64,000 nt of DNA from an uncultured virus (IMG/VR IMGVR_UViG_3300031760_000031) (taxonomy: Duplodnaviria; Heunggongvirae; Uroviricota; Caudoviricetes). Of the stretch, positions 20,701-28,764 are shown piece after piece (position 1 is the first letter of the stretch; each line of letters starts with the position of its first letter). Where the stretch lies: the IMG/VR virus record IMGVR_UViG_3300031760_000031; one strand, 5' to 3'. The notes beneath the pieces were generated by a model. That model was not told where the DNA came from. It did not search any database and worked only from the letters and a program-made list of their open reading frames with translations. A program made the position numbers and the translations under genes.

Positions 20701-20781
20701 CTATGAATGGCTCCTTTCAAGTCCACTCATACCAACCCATAAGATCAAGCAAATGATCAATGTCGCGATTGTTTTTATCAT
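20701..20781 (-). CDS. 26-aa hydrophobic peptide (cassette)
   Basis: MIKTIATLIICLILWVGMSGLERSHS; GAGGAG SD, motif 20799-20824. Confidence 0.55.
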   Translation of the reverse strand: MIKTIATLIICLILWVGMSGLERSHS

Positions 20782-20849
20782 TTCTCTATTCTCCTCTCAT
20801 TAGAGAGCATGAAATTTACGCGAATAGAAAATATAAAAGAAAAAGAGTC

Positions 20850-21041
20850 TTATTCAGACTCCTTATCATTCGACAATAATCCGCCTTCAACAGCAGAACC
20901 GATCGCTCCAGCAGTGTATTCACATCCTGCTTCAAATGACTTATTAAGTAACGTAGTTACTCCAAAAGCACCTATAGCAAGATATACGATCTGCTTTAAA
21001 AAACTTCTCGTTTCCATTTTTTCAAAATTCGTTTTTGGCAT
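20850..21041 (-). CDS. cassette membrane protein ending KESE
   Basis: start MPKT after AAGGAGG; stop within hairpin 20845-20861. Confidence 0.7.
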   Translation of the reverse strand: MPKTNFEKMETRSFLKQIVYLAIGAFGVTTLLNKSFEAGCEYTAGAIGSAVEGGLLSNDKESE

Positions 21042-21099
21042 TTTTAATGTCCTCCTTCTCATTAGAGCATTTGAAAATTTCGCGAAAAATAAAAGAGCC

Positions 21100-21351
21100 T
21101 TATTCAGACTCTTCATCGGATTTGGCTGTAATCCATAATAATAACATTAATAGCCAGTATGGAATCCATCCGATCGCGCATATTAACGCAAGTAATATAA
21201 AGTAAGCTTTTAGTAAAACTGTACTAGGTTCACGCATAAAAAGCTGTTCGTACAGCTGATGCAAAAAATCTAGTAAATCTTCACTATAAACATCTTTAAG
21301 TAAAAATACGAATGTGATTCCAATGCATAATAAATTAATCATATATAACAT
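21100..21351 (-). CDS. cassette membrane protein ending EESE
   Basis: two TM segments; stop within hairpin 21095-21111. Confidence 0.7.
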   Translation of the reverse strand: MLYMINLLCIGITFVFLLKDVYSEDLLDFLHQLYEQLFMREPSTVLLKAYFILLALICAIGWIPYWLLMLLLWITAKSDEESE

Positions 21352-21399
21352 AAATTACATTACCTCCATAAGAGGACATGAAAAATAAAAGAAAAAGCG

Positions 21400-21597
21400 T
21401 TAGTCTTTGTTTAAGACTAAAACTGCCTTTTCTTCGATGAACTCAACGGCATCATCAAGCCTTTCATCAACATAATCCATGAATTTAAATGCTTCTTGTT
21501 CGATCTCTGGCCAATCATAAGCAACAATTTTACCTAAATTGATCATGCTAATGATCGAGACAGTAAATAAACAAATTAAGCCAATAATTTTCTTCAT
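21400..21597 (-). CDS. cassette membrane protein
   Basis: start MKKII after GAGAGG; motif 21620-21645. Confidence 0.65.
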   Translation of the reverse strand: MKKIIGLICLFTVSIISMINLGKIVAYDWPEIEQEAFKFMDYVDERLDDAVEFIEEKAVLVLNKD

Positions 21598-21659
21598 AAA
21601 TATATTTCCTCTCTTTCTCATTAGAGAGGATGTAAAATACGCGGAAAAATAAAAGGCAA

Positions 21660-21851
21660 CTATCTTCTGTTGCCCCATTTAAGGTTGTAACGATACGCAA
21701 ACTTTATTGCTCCGATTAATGTAGCGATCAGCAATATTAAACCGAACATATCATTAGGGTTTGTTTCTAAGCCCTTTAAGCTTGTTAGAAACCCAATTTC
21801 TATTAATATTCCAATAACCGCTACTTTAATAATAAAAATAATGTTTTCCAT
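21660..21851 (-). CDS. cassette membrane protein
   Basis: start MENII, two TM segments; motif 21871-21896. Confidence 0.65.
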   Translation of the reverse strand: MENIIFIIKVAVIGILIEIGFLTSLKGLETNPNDMFGLILLIATLIGAIKFAYRYNLKWGNRR

Positions 21852-21909
21852 ATTGTTTCCTCTCTTTCTCATTAAAGAGAATGAAATATACACGAAAAAC
21901 AAAAGAGTC

Positions 21910-22110
21910 TTATTCAGACTCTTCCTTTCTTGGAAATTCAATTCCTCTTGGCCTTCTGAGATCAGCCCATTTGGATTTGATCCAATTGCAAACACTCTTC
22001 GTGTTTTTGCCTTCTGTAGCCATATAATCGACTACAACAGCTGTAGACACGCCATTAACAATTAATTTAATCCATTGTCTAATCTCTCTAGACCGTTCAA
22101 TATTTCCCAT
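21910..22110 (-). CDS. cassette protein ending EESE
   Basis: start MGNI after AAGGAGG; stop within hairpin 21905-21921. Confidence 0.7.
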   Translation of the reverse strand: MGNIERSREIRQWIKLIVNGVSTAVVVDYMATEGKNTKSVCNWIKSKWADLRRPRGIEFPRKEESE

Positions 22111-22162
22111 ATTTGAACCTCCTTCATTAAAGGCCAAGTTATTTTAGCGAAAACAAAAGAGT

Positions 22163-22408
22163 CTATTCAGACTCCTTATTTTCGGATGTAATTCTATAAT
22201 AATCTTTAATTCTTTCATCCATTAATTCTTCAGCTCTTCTGATAGAAGCTCTAGCCCTGGTAATTAAATTCTGAATATCATTGACTGTTTCCTCGTCGTC
22301 GATATCAAATATCGCCGCAGGATAAGCATCAAAAGTTGTATCCATAGTATTCTTTAAATCCTCAAGGCACTTCTTATACAGCATAGCTGCTACATAATTT
22401 TTAATCAT
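22163..22408 (-). CDS. cassette protein ending KESE
   Basis: start MIKN after GAGGT; stop within hairpin 22159-22174. Confidence 0.7.
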   Translation of the reverse strand: MIKNYVAAMLYKKCLEDLKNTMDTTFDAYPAAIFDIDDEETVNDIQNLITRARASIRRAEELMDERIKDYYRITSENKESE

Positions 22409-22470
22409 AGTATTATACCTCAATAAAAGAATAAGAAAAATCAACGAAATAAAAAGAGCTTGTTAGGCTC

Positions 22471-22680
22471 TTATTCGAGAATATAAACATTTCCAGGAAG
22501 CTCGATCTTTGCTGACCTGTCCATTTTATGCTTTCTCTTATATTGAAACATAAGATTAGCTTTTGCTCTGGACTCAGATTCAGCTTGAGTTCCTGCTTTC
22601 CATAAATCGTCTATAACTTTCCCAAATTGAGTAACTGCTCCTTCATATCTGTAAAGAAATCTTGGTTTTTCTTCCTTCAT
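22471..22680 (-). CDS. cassette hypothetical protein
   Basis: 69 aa, AAGGAGGT SD, terminator 22456-22470. Confidence 0.75.
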   Translation of the reverse strand: MKEEKPRFLYRYEGAVTQFGKVIDDLWKAGTQAESESRAKANLMFQYKRKHKMDRSAKIELPGNVYILE

Positions 22681-22725
22681 TTTCTTTACCTCCTTTTCAT
22701 AAAAGAGGCCGAAAAAGAAAAGAGC

Positions 22726-22884
22726 TTATTCGTCTAGCTCTTCCTTTGCTATTGTAGGTCGTGATAATTCTTCTCTCCTTCTTGCAATTTCACGTTTTAA
22801 CGCCGTGGTTATTCGTAATATAAATCTATACGAATTCCTGCACAGATAATAAAACCCATAAATTGCTAAAAATTTAATAAACAT
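22726..22884 (-). CDS. 52-aa cassette protein
   Basis: hand-translated MFIKFLAIYG...; GAGGAGG SD. Confidence 0.6.
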   Translation of the reverse strand: MFIKFLAIYGFYYLCRNSYRFILRITTALKREIARRREELSRPTIAKEELDE

Positions 22885-22937
22885 ATCTATTCCTCCTCAT
22901 AAGAGAATGAGAAAAAGAAAAGAGCTTGTTAGGCTCT

Positions 22938-23114
22938 TTAATTAGACATGCTTCTTATGATTTCTTCGTGATACTGCTTGATCTCTGCATTGACAAATGC
23001 CTTAAGTTCTTCCATATTCAATTCTGTCTCTTTAGGCTTTATCAGCATAAATCCTTTTTCTTTTTTCTCGAATTTATCAGTTATTTTTTCATGTCTTCTA
23101 ATTTCTCTAAACAT
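22938..23114 (-). CDS. 58-aa cassette protein
   Basis: hand-translated MFREIRRHEK...; motif 23133-23158. Confidence 0.6.
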   Translation of the reverse strand: MFREIRRHEKITDKFEKKEKGFMLIKPKETELNMEELKAFVNAEIKQYHEEIIRSMSN

Positions 23115-23140
23115 AATTCTTTTCTCCTCCTCATAAGAGA

Positions 23141-23566
23141 CTATGCTTTGTACGCGAACTTCTTTTGTTGCTTATCGAGAATATAAAAGAACTTGCGATA
23201 CATTTGATAGAACATGTCCCTGCCACAAGGGATACCATCGTGCATCCGGAAATATGAATATGTTAATCCCTTAGTTACTGCTTTGAAAATATAATCACCA
23301 AGAATCGGATCCGTTGCTTTAGCGCATTTTTCGATCATATCCATCTTTTCTAAATACTCATGACGTTTTTCTAAGATCTCATCACCTGACATTGACTTTT
23401 CAAACTTTATACAAATTATCCCACCGGGAATTTTTTCGCACAGATCAATGTACTTTCTCTTGAACTCAGGGTATTGCAAACAGAAATGCTTTAATTCATA
23501 ATACCGATGCTTGGAAATATAATACTGATTATTCTTAGAAATTTCAGATCTAATCACAGTTCCCAT
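23141..23566 (-). CDS. conserved phage protein, probable transcriptional regulator (RinA/ArpU-like)
   Basis: ISKHRYYELKHFCLQY...IFKAVT.GLTY...IPCGRDMFYQMYRKFF, with C-terminal HTH-like segment. Confidence 0.55.
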   Translation of the reverse strand: MGTVIRSEISKNNQYYISKHRYYELKHFCLQYPEFKRKYIDLCEKIPGGIICIKFEKSMSGDEILEKRHEYLEKMDMIEKCAKATDPILGDYIFKAVTKGLTYSYFRMHDGIPCGRDMFYQMYRKFFYILDKQQKKFAYKA

Positions 23567-23795
23567 CGTACTGATACCCCGTTTCTTCATATAATCTCTT
23601 TGGAGAAATATAATAGTTTATTCTGCCTTTCTTAGCAGAAATCTCACTTGTATTGGTTATGCGTTTGCCATTTCTTGTGGCAAATCCAATTGGTAACCAT
23701 CCAGCAATAAGTCCTGCACGAATCCAGCAGCTATCTTTTTTGTAAACTTTTGCAGCCACTGCAACCGGCACTGATCCACCTTTGTTAAACATCAA
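23550..23795 (-). CDS. small DNA-binding protein (excisionase-like winged helix)
   Basis: SVPVAVAAKVYKKD..WIRAG...WLPIG...NYYISPKRL. Confidence 0.55.
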   Translation of the reverse strand: MMFNKGGSVPVAVAAKVYKKDSCWIRAGLIAGWLPIGFATRNGKRITNTSEISAKKGRINYYISPKRLYEETGYQYDGNCD

Positions 23796-23905
23796 TAACC
23801 TCCTATAAATTTGATAAATATATAGTAGGTAACAAAACAGTAACCTCTGTCCGTCTTTTGCAAAAATAAGAGAGAATGCCGAAATAAAAAGGGATTTGAA
23901 AATCC

Positions 23906-24067
23906 CTATAAAGCACAGTTATAGTGCTCCGCCACAGAAATGACCTTGTCGATATCGACATTCAGTTCTGACGCTATATCAAAATAGCCATAACCTTCGT
24001 CTAATAACGCTTCGATCTTCTTCCATAAACGGTATGCCCATCTGTCTTTTTTGTTTGTCTTTTTCAT
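23906..24067 (-). CDS. small HTH cassette protein
   Basis: IEALLDEGYGYFDIASELNV; shares EALLDEGY with 24982-25239. Confidence 0.65.
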   Translation of the reverse strand: MKKTNKKDRWAYRLWKKIEALLDEGYGYFDIASELNVDIDKVISVAEHYNCAL

Positions 24068-24150
24068 TATTTTTCTCTCCTTTTTATTTGAGTTTCCTCT
24101 CATAATAGGAGTCGAAATTTACGCGAAATAAATTCAAGTATAAAAATAAT

Positions 24151-24234
24151 AGAGACTGATGGTATTAACTATTCAGGCCTATGGGCTCACTTTTGAGTTT
24201 GCAAGTTAAATTTAAATATAACCATTTTGTCTCC
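24151..24234 (-). ncRNA. candidate ~84-nt structured RNA occupying a cassette slot
   Basis: nested stems GAGAC/GTCTC, ATGGT/ACCAT, TTAACT/AGTTAA, CTCA/TGAG; begins right after motif 24235-24250. Confidence 0.5.
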
Positions 24235-24261
24235 ATTACAGGGAATGAAAAACAAAAGAGT

Positions 24262-24459
24262 CTATGCAGACTCTTCGTTTGATTCTTTAACAACAGGTTC
24301 TTCTTTCAAGATGCCGATATCTTTTAAATGACATTCAAGTCCATCGATCTCTGTGCTAAGTTCCATCATCTTAGCTTGGAGATGTTTAGCTCTTTGTCTT
24401 TCTTTAAAAGCTACGATCAGCGATCCGATTGTAATTAAACCAAGTAATTTGTTGCTCAT
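24262..24459 (-). CDS. cassette membrane protein ending EESA
   Basis: stop within variant hairpin 24258-24273. Confidence 0.7.
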   Translation of the reverse strand: MSNKLLGLITIGSLIVAFKERQRAKHLQAKMMELSTEIDGLECHLKDIGILKEEPVVKESNEESA

Positions 24460-24518
24460 TTTGAATCCTCCTTTTCTTCATAAGAGCAAATGAAAAATAA
24501 AAGAGCTTATGCAAGCTC

Positions 24519-24635
24519 TTACTCAAATATAAGAATCCAGTTTTCATCAGACATATATTTATCAAATGAATCAAAATCATCCGAATCAATATATACCTTT
24601 TCACCAGTTTCCTTATTTTTAAATACGAAACGCAT
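24519..24635 (-). CDS. 38-aa cassette protein
   Basis: hand-translated MRFVFKNKETGEK...; GGAGGAGG SD; terminator 24501-24520. Confidence 0.6.
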   Translation of the reverse strand: MRFVFKNKETGEKVYIDSDDFDSFDKYMSDENWILIFE

Positions 24636-24701
24636 AGTTCCTCCTCCTTCATAAAAGAGATAGAAATATCAACGAAAATGAAAAAGGACTTGCTGGGTCC
24701 T

Positions 24702-24920
24702 TTACTTTAACTCTCGACAAGCCTGATTGAAATACCGTACATACAAGCTTAGTTCTCTTATAACCGTTTCGGCTTCATTACAGCATTCTTCCTCAGTTGA
24801 ATAAGTCTCCTGATCAAGAATTGTTAAAGCTTCCATGGCTTTGTCTTCTATAGCTTCTGCATAGTACAGTAAAGCATCTTTTTTATAATCGAATTTATCA
24901 ATTGTTAAAATCTCTGCCAT
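24702..24920 (-). CDS. cassette hypothetical protein
   Basis: start MAEIL after AAGGAGG; the longer ORF call runs across a junction. Confidence 0.7.
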   Translation of the reverse strand: MAEILTIDKFDYKKDALLYYAEAIEDKAMEALTILDQETYSTEEECCNEAETVIRELSLYVRYFNQACRELK

Positions 24921-24981
24921 ATTTAATCCTCCTTCATAAAAGAAGCGGAAAAATAAAAGAAGAGACGATGCTCTTCTGAAA

Positions 24982-25239
24982 TCACTTTTTAGTTCGCTTT
25001 TTATCGATTCTTTGTTTGTAATACCGGATAACGCTTTCTGGTTTGTCGAGCTTCTTAGCGATTTCTTGGATATTATATCCTTCATCCAATAAAGCTTCGA
25101 CTTTGCCCATATAAAAAGCTCTTCCGACTTCAAAATTCATTTTTGCTCGATATCTGCGTTCGATTTCTCCAATAGTCGTTTCTTCTTTTTTGGCTCCATC
25201 TTCACGAATAATTCCATAATAAAATGTGTTTTTAATCAT
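24982..25239 (-). CDS. HTH cassette protein
   Basis: VEALLDEGYNIQEIAKKLDKPESVIRYY. Confidence 0.7.
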   Translation of the reverse strand: MIKNTFYYGIIREDGAKKEETTIGEIERRYRAKMNFEVGRAFYMGKVEALLDEGYNIQEIAKKLDKPESVIRYYKQRIDKKRTKK

Positions 25240-25300
25240 TTCGATTCACCTCCATAATAGCAGCTGAAAAAAGCACTAAAATATCCAGAAAAATCAAGTC

Positions 25301-25329
25301 TTGTTCGTAATAAATGTAAGCGCTATACT
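25301..25329 (+). promoter_or_regulatory. sigma70/A-type promoter
   Basis: TTGTTC-N17-TATACT upstream of the AAAGGAGG SD. Confidence 0.6.
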
Positions 25330-25360
25330 TTTTATACAAATATAAAAGGAGGACAAACTC

Positions 25361-25672
25361 ATGCCAAAAAGATCACCAAGATTCATTGCTTCTGAATTAG
25401 GAACTTCTTATACCAAAGTCATTAATGCGCTTATCGATCTGAATTATCTTACCGATGAAGACACTTCTACGATCGGTGATTATTCCGAAGGTGGCAGACC
25501 GGTGTTCGATGATGATGTTCTTCGTGAAGTAGAAGAATATCTTGATAAAGACAGTATCAGATGCTGCAATTGTGGAAAAGTTTTAATTCCAAATGGCGGA
25601 AGAGTATCTACAAATTCAGGATACTTCACTTGTCCTTGGTGCGGAACAGAGAACAAAGTTGACAAAAATTAA
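25361..25672 (+). CDS. HTH-like + zinc-ribbon protein (counter-oriented, moron-like)
   Basis: own promoter and SD; IASELGTSYTKVINAL; CCNCG...CPWCG; shared terminator 25671-25689. Confidence 0.75.
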   Translation: MPKRSPRFIASELGTSYTKVINALIDLNYLTDEDTSTIGDYSEGGRPVFDDDVLREVEEYLDKDSIRCCNCGKVLIPNGGRVSTNSGYFTCPWCGTENKVDKN

Positions 25673-25693
25673 GAGCCTATGTGGCTCTTTTTA

Positions 25694-25939
25694 TTATTCG
25701 AATTTTTGTCCACAGAATGGGCAGTATTTGATCTCTTTAAAATCTGAATGCACATACCACTCAGAAGGCGGTAAAGTCTTATCTTCCCAAGCCAGGTCAT
25801 TTTGAATATTCACTTTGCCATCATTGTACTTCGATAAAGTTACAGTGCTGGTCATCTTTCCAAAATCACCAAGATTGAATCCGATCTTCATCAGCCTCTT
25901 CTTGCCGTTTTCATTCTCAAGATTACAAAATTTGCACAT
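25694..25939 (-). CDS. zinc-binding cassette protein
   Basis: MCKFC...IKYCPFCGQK; paralogue of 28488-28733. Confidence 0.75.
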   Translation of the reverse strand: MCKFCNLENENGKKRLMKIGFNLGDFGKMTSTVTLSKYNDGKVNIQNDLAWEDKTLPPSEWYVHSDFKEIKYCPFCGQKFE

Positions 25940-26020
25940 ATAAGTGTCCTCCTTTTCTATAAAACAGTTTGATTATTTCGCGAATATCAGTAACCTGTAT
26001 CCGCAAAATGAAAAGAGACG

Positions 26021-26347
26021 CTAAGCTTCAGCGTCCCAAGAATGATCTTCTTCGTTACAAACACGTTCGACCCTTTCTTTGCCGATCCATTTTTCGCCAA
26101 AGTGATCGAGTATTTCCTGACGAGAATATCCTTCCCGGTACATATCCAAAACTAGTTTGTCTCTTCTCCGATCTTCATCATCCAATTTCTTTAATTTATC
26201 GAGTGAGATTTCAAGTTCTTTACCGTGTTGTATAAACTGGTGCTTAGTCCATGCCATGTTAATTGCACGTACAAATTCTTTACCAATTAAAACTACTTCT
26301 TTACAAACTACATAAATCCCAATGATTTCAAATAAATTGTATTTCAT
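26021..26347 (-). CDS. cassette protein (TM + HTH-like)
   Basis: GAGGAGG SD, junction 26358-26410. Confidence 0.7.
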   Translation of the reverse strand: MKYNLFEIIGIYVVCKEVVLIGKEFVRAINMAWTKHQFIQHGKELEISLDKLKKLDDEDRRRDKLVLDMYREGYSRQEILDHFGEKWIGKERVERVCNEEDHSWDAEA

Positions 26348-26392
26348 GATTTGAATTCCTCCTCATAATAGAACCAGAAAAATAAAAGAAGC

Positions 26393-26806
26393 TTAAATCT
26401 TAGCTTCTTTCATCCAGAACTCAATCTCGACTTTCGGATCGATTTTTAAGCACCCTATAAGCTGTAACTCATCGCCCAATCTGTAAGTCATAATATTCCT
26501 TTTCATTTGCTTATTGATCCAATTAATAAACTGTTTTGTGCAAGCTTCTCTTATGAAGTCATTATACTCAACAAGTTCTGTCCAATCTTTACCCTTATTT
26601 TCTTCGAAATAATTCGGATAAAGCTCGTCCCATTCTTTGTTAAACTTTGTATATCCTTCATCAGAGTTGCATAAATTTGCATAAACATTATGTGTCAGCA
26701 TTAACTCTTCTTTCATAAGCTTTTCTAAACCAGGAATAAACCTAGCGAACGATTTCTTAAAGTTTCTTATCTCATAGTGCACTTCAAAATATAATTCGTG
26801 TTCCAT
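26393..26806 (-). CDS. cassette hypothetical protein
   Basis: 137 aa between junctions. Confidence 0.75.
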   Translation of the reverse strand: MEHELYFEVHYEIRNFKKSFARFIPGLEKLMKEELMLTHNVYANLCNSDEGYTKFNKEWDELYPNYFEENKGKDWTELVEYNDFIREACTKQFINWINKQMKRNIMTYRLGDELQLIGCLKIDPKVEIEFWMKEAKI

Positions 26807-26849
26807 TTTGAATTCCTCCTCATAATAGAATGCGAAAAATAAAAGAGCC

Positions 26850-27110
26850 TTATTCAGACTCCTTTATTTTAAGTTTTCCATTTTCTAAGATATCAATTTC
26901 CAGATCACTATTTTCTATCCAATTTATTACGCGATTAATTTCTTCATCTTCACCAGATATAACATATTTGTCATGTAAAAATCTATGGTAAATTAAACTA
27001 GTGTCAATGTTCTTTTTTACATCAACATTAATATAATTCCTACCAAAGTTTTCAATAATTATCTGTTCAGATCCTGGAAACCAGCAATAAATTGTAATCT
27101 GTCTACTCAT
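26850..27110 (-). CDS. cassette protein ending KESE
   Basis: stop within hairpin 26845-26861. Confidence 0.75.
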   Translation of the reverse strand: MSRQITIYCWFPGSEQIIIENFGRNYINVDVKKNIDTSLIYHRFLHDKYVISGEDEEINRVINWIENSDLEIDILENGKLKIKESE

Positions 27111-27172
27111 AATAATGTTCTCCTCCTCATAAAAGAAAGAGAAAAATAAAAGAGCCTTATTCAGACTCTAAT

Positions 27173-27379
27173 CTATTTCTTCAACCGGTCTATAAGTTCA
27201 TTAATCATATCGTGTTGCTGTTCAGCAATTTCAATAAGAGTATAAGTTTGAGACTTCCAGTCTTCTAAAAGCTTGCTATACTTTTTTTCAGAGCTTTTAA
27301 GCATCAAATAGTCAGTAACAAAATACCCAGCCAAACCGCCAAGCCCAACTCGACCAATAAATTTAACAAAATTATTCAT
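27173..27379 (-). CDS. cassette membrane protein
   Basis: start MNNF after AAGGAGG; hairpin 27152-27168 just after the stop. Confidence 0.7.
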   Translation of the reverse strand: MNNFVKFIGRVGLGGLAGYFVTDYLMLKSSEKKYSKLLEDWKSQTYTLIEIAEQQHDMINELIDRLKK

Positions 27380-27423
27380 AGTTGATTCCTCCTTCATAAA
27401 AGAAACGGAAAAATAAAAGAGCC

Positions 27424-27696
27424 TTATTCAGACTCTTTATTCTGGTTAACTTTATACTCTAAAAATACACCAAGTAAATCTAATGGCCATAGAAGTATTA
27501 CGATTAATACAGCTCTTAATATGATCCATACTTTTTCTAAAAGATACTTAATATATGCAGACCTTGTTAAATATTGCTCAAAACTTCTACATATTTTTGC
27601 TGCTCTTTTATAATCAGGATCCTGTGAAGCTATAATCATTCGATATATTCCTATCACTAAGCCAATGCCAAAATACCAAAATATAAATTTAAGCAT
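27424..27696 (-). CDS. cassette membrane protein ending KESE
   Basis: two TM segments; stop within hairpin 27419-27435. Confidence 0.75.
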   Translation of the reverse strand: MLKFIFWYFGIGLVIGIYRMIIASQDPDYKRAAKICRSFEQYLTRSAYIKYLLEKVWIILRAVLIVILLWPLDLLGVFLEYKVNQNKESE

Positions 27697-27751
27697 TATA
27701 AAGCTTACCTCCTCATAATAGAACGCGAAAAATAAAAGAGTTTGAATAAAC

Positions 27752-28246
27752 TCAAACTCCTTTAATCAGACGTGCTACTTCTTTGGGATCAGCTTCGACC
27801 CAATACCATTTCTTAGTTTTTCTGTCATATTTTTGTCCATATACGCAACTATAATTATCACCGTTCTTATATGCGACTTGTACTGCTTTAACCTGTGGAC
27901 TACTCTCCCTTGAACCGATTCCTCCTTTTCTATTGGCTGTAAATGGTAAATCAGTATTCAAACATTGCACTGTCCATTCGTCTGAACATCTCTTCATGTT
28001 TGCATACCAGTTCCAAGTATCACCAATACGGAACGAGTTATCTGGTTTTCCGTACCAAGTAATCTGATCTGCAGTACCTTTCGGCACTAAGTAAGATGAC
28101 GCGCTGCGATTCTTCTCACAGAGAACTAATTCATGAGTATCTTCTAACTCTTTGCATAATTCCTCAAAGAATGATTCACATTTTTTAAATCTGTTTAAAA
28201 TCTTTTCGTCATTCAAAACTCTTCTACTTCTTCTAATGTATTTCAT
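27752..28246 (-). CDS. cassette hypothetical protein
   Basis: 164 aa between junctions. Confidence 0.8.
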   Translation of the reverse strand: MKYIRRSRRVLNDEKILNRFKKCESFFEELCKELEDTHELVLCEKNRSASSYLVPKGTADQITWYGKPDNSFRIGDTWNWYANMKRCSDEWTVQCLNTDLPFTANRKGGIGSRESSPQVKAVQVAYKNGDNYSCVYGQKYDRKTKKWYWVEADPKEVARLIKGV

Positions 28247-28291
28247 AATACATCCTCCTTCATAAGAGGACCGGAAAAAAAAAAGAACTTG

Positions 28292-28444
28292 TTAAGGTTC
28301 TTTCTTTAATAAATCTTCTTGAATCTTTGAACGCCTAATCATTCTAATTGCTTCTGCCGAAAGAAATTCTTGCTCCTCTTTTGGTAATCCATCATACCAA
28401 TCTTTAATTTTTTTCTTTTGCTTGTTAGTTAAATGCTTAGCCAT
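28292..28444 (-). CDS. 50-aa cassette protein
   Basis: hand-translated MAKHLTNKQKKK...; stop within hairpin 28285-28300. Confidence 0.6.
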   Translation of the reverse strand: MAKHLTNKQKKKIKDWYDGLPKEEQEFLSAEAIRMIRRSKIQEDLLKKEP

Positions 28445-28487
28445 ATTCATTTCCTCCTCATAATAGAAACGGAAAAATAAAAGAGCC

Positions 28488-28733
28488 TTATTTAGACTCT
28501 CTTAGTTTTCGTCCACAAAACGGGCAATAATTGATTTTTGTTTTCATCCATTTTGAATTATCGGTTTCCATCGGAAATAAAAATAATTCTAAATAATAAT
28601 CGCTGGCATCTGAAGATTTGCACATAGATAATTCTCCTTCTATAAATCCAAGTGCTCCGCAATTAAGTTTTACAGTTCTTCCGATAGGAACAGCATAATC
28701 TTCATTAATGTACTCTTCACATCTTTTGCACAT
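28488..28733 (-). CDS. zinc-binding protein, first cassette next to the integrase
   Basis: MCKRC...INYCPFCGRKLRESK; stop within variant hairpin 28483-28499. Confidence 0.75.
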   Translation of the reverse strand: MCKRCEEYINEDYAVPIGRTVKLNCGALGFIEGELSMCKSSDASDYYLELFLFPMETDNSKWMKTKINYCPFCGRKLRESK

Positions 28734-28764
28734 GTTATGCACCTCCTCATAAAACAATCTGTAA

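Noticed and set aside
24151..24234. Hammerhead ribozyme
   Set aside because: Topology is loosely similar, but the core reads CAAA, GCC and CUGAAUA instead of GAAA, GUH and CUGANGA.
26816..26840. Xer/dif-like site in the junction (CCTCCTCATAA-N6)
   Set aside because: Only one arm vaguely resembles dif; no TTATGTTAAAT-like partner arm.
20845..28499. CRISPR array interpretation of the 28-bp repeats
   Set aside because: Intervening sequences are variable-length ORFs of mostly 100-500 bp, not ~35-bp spacers; no cas genes.
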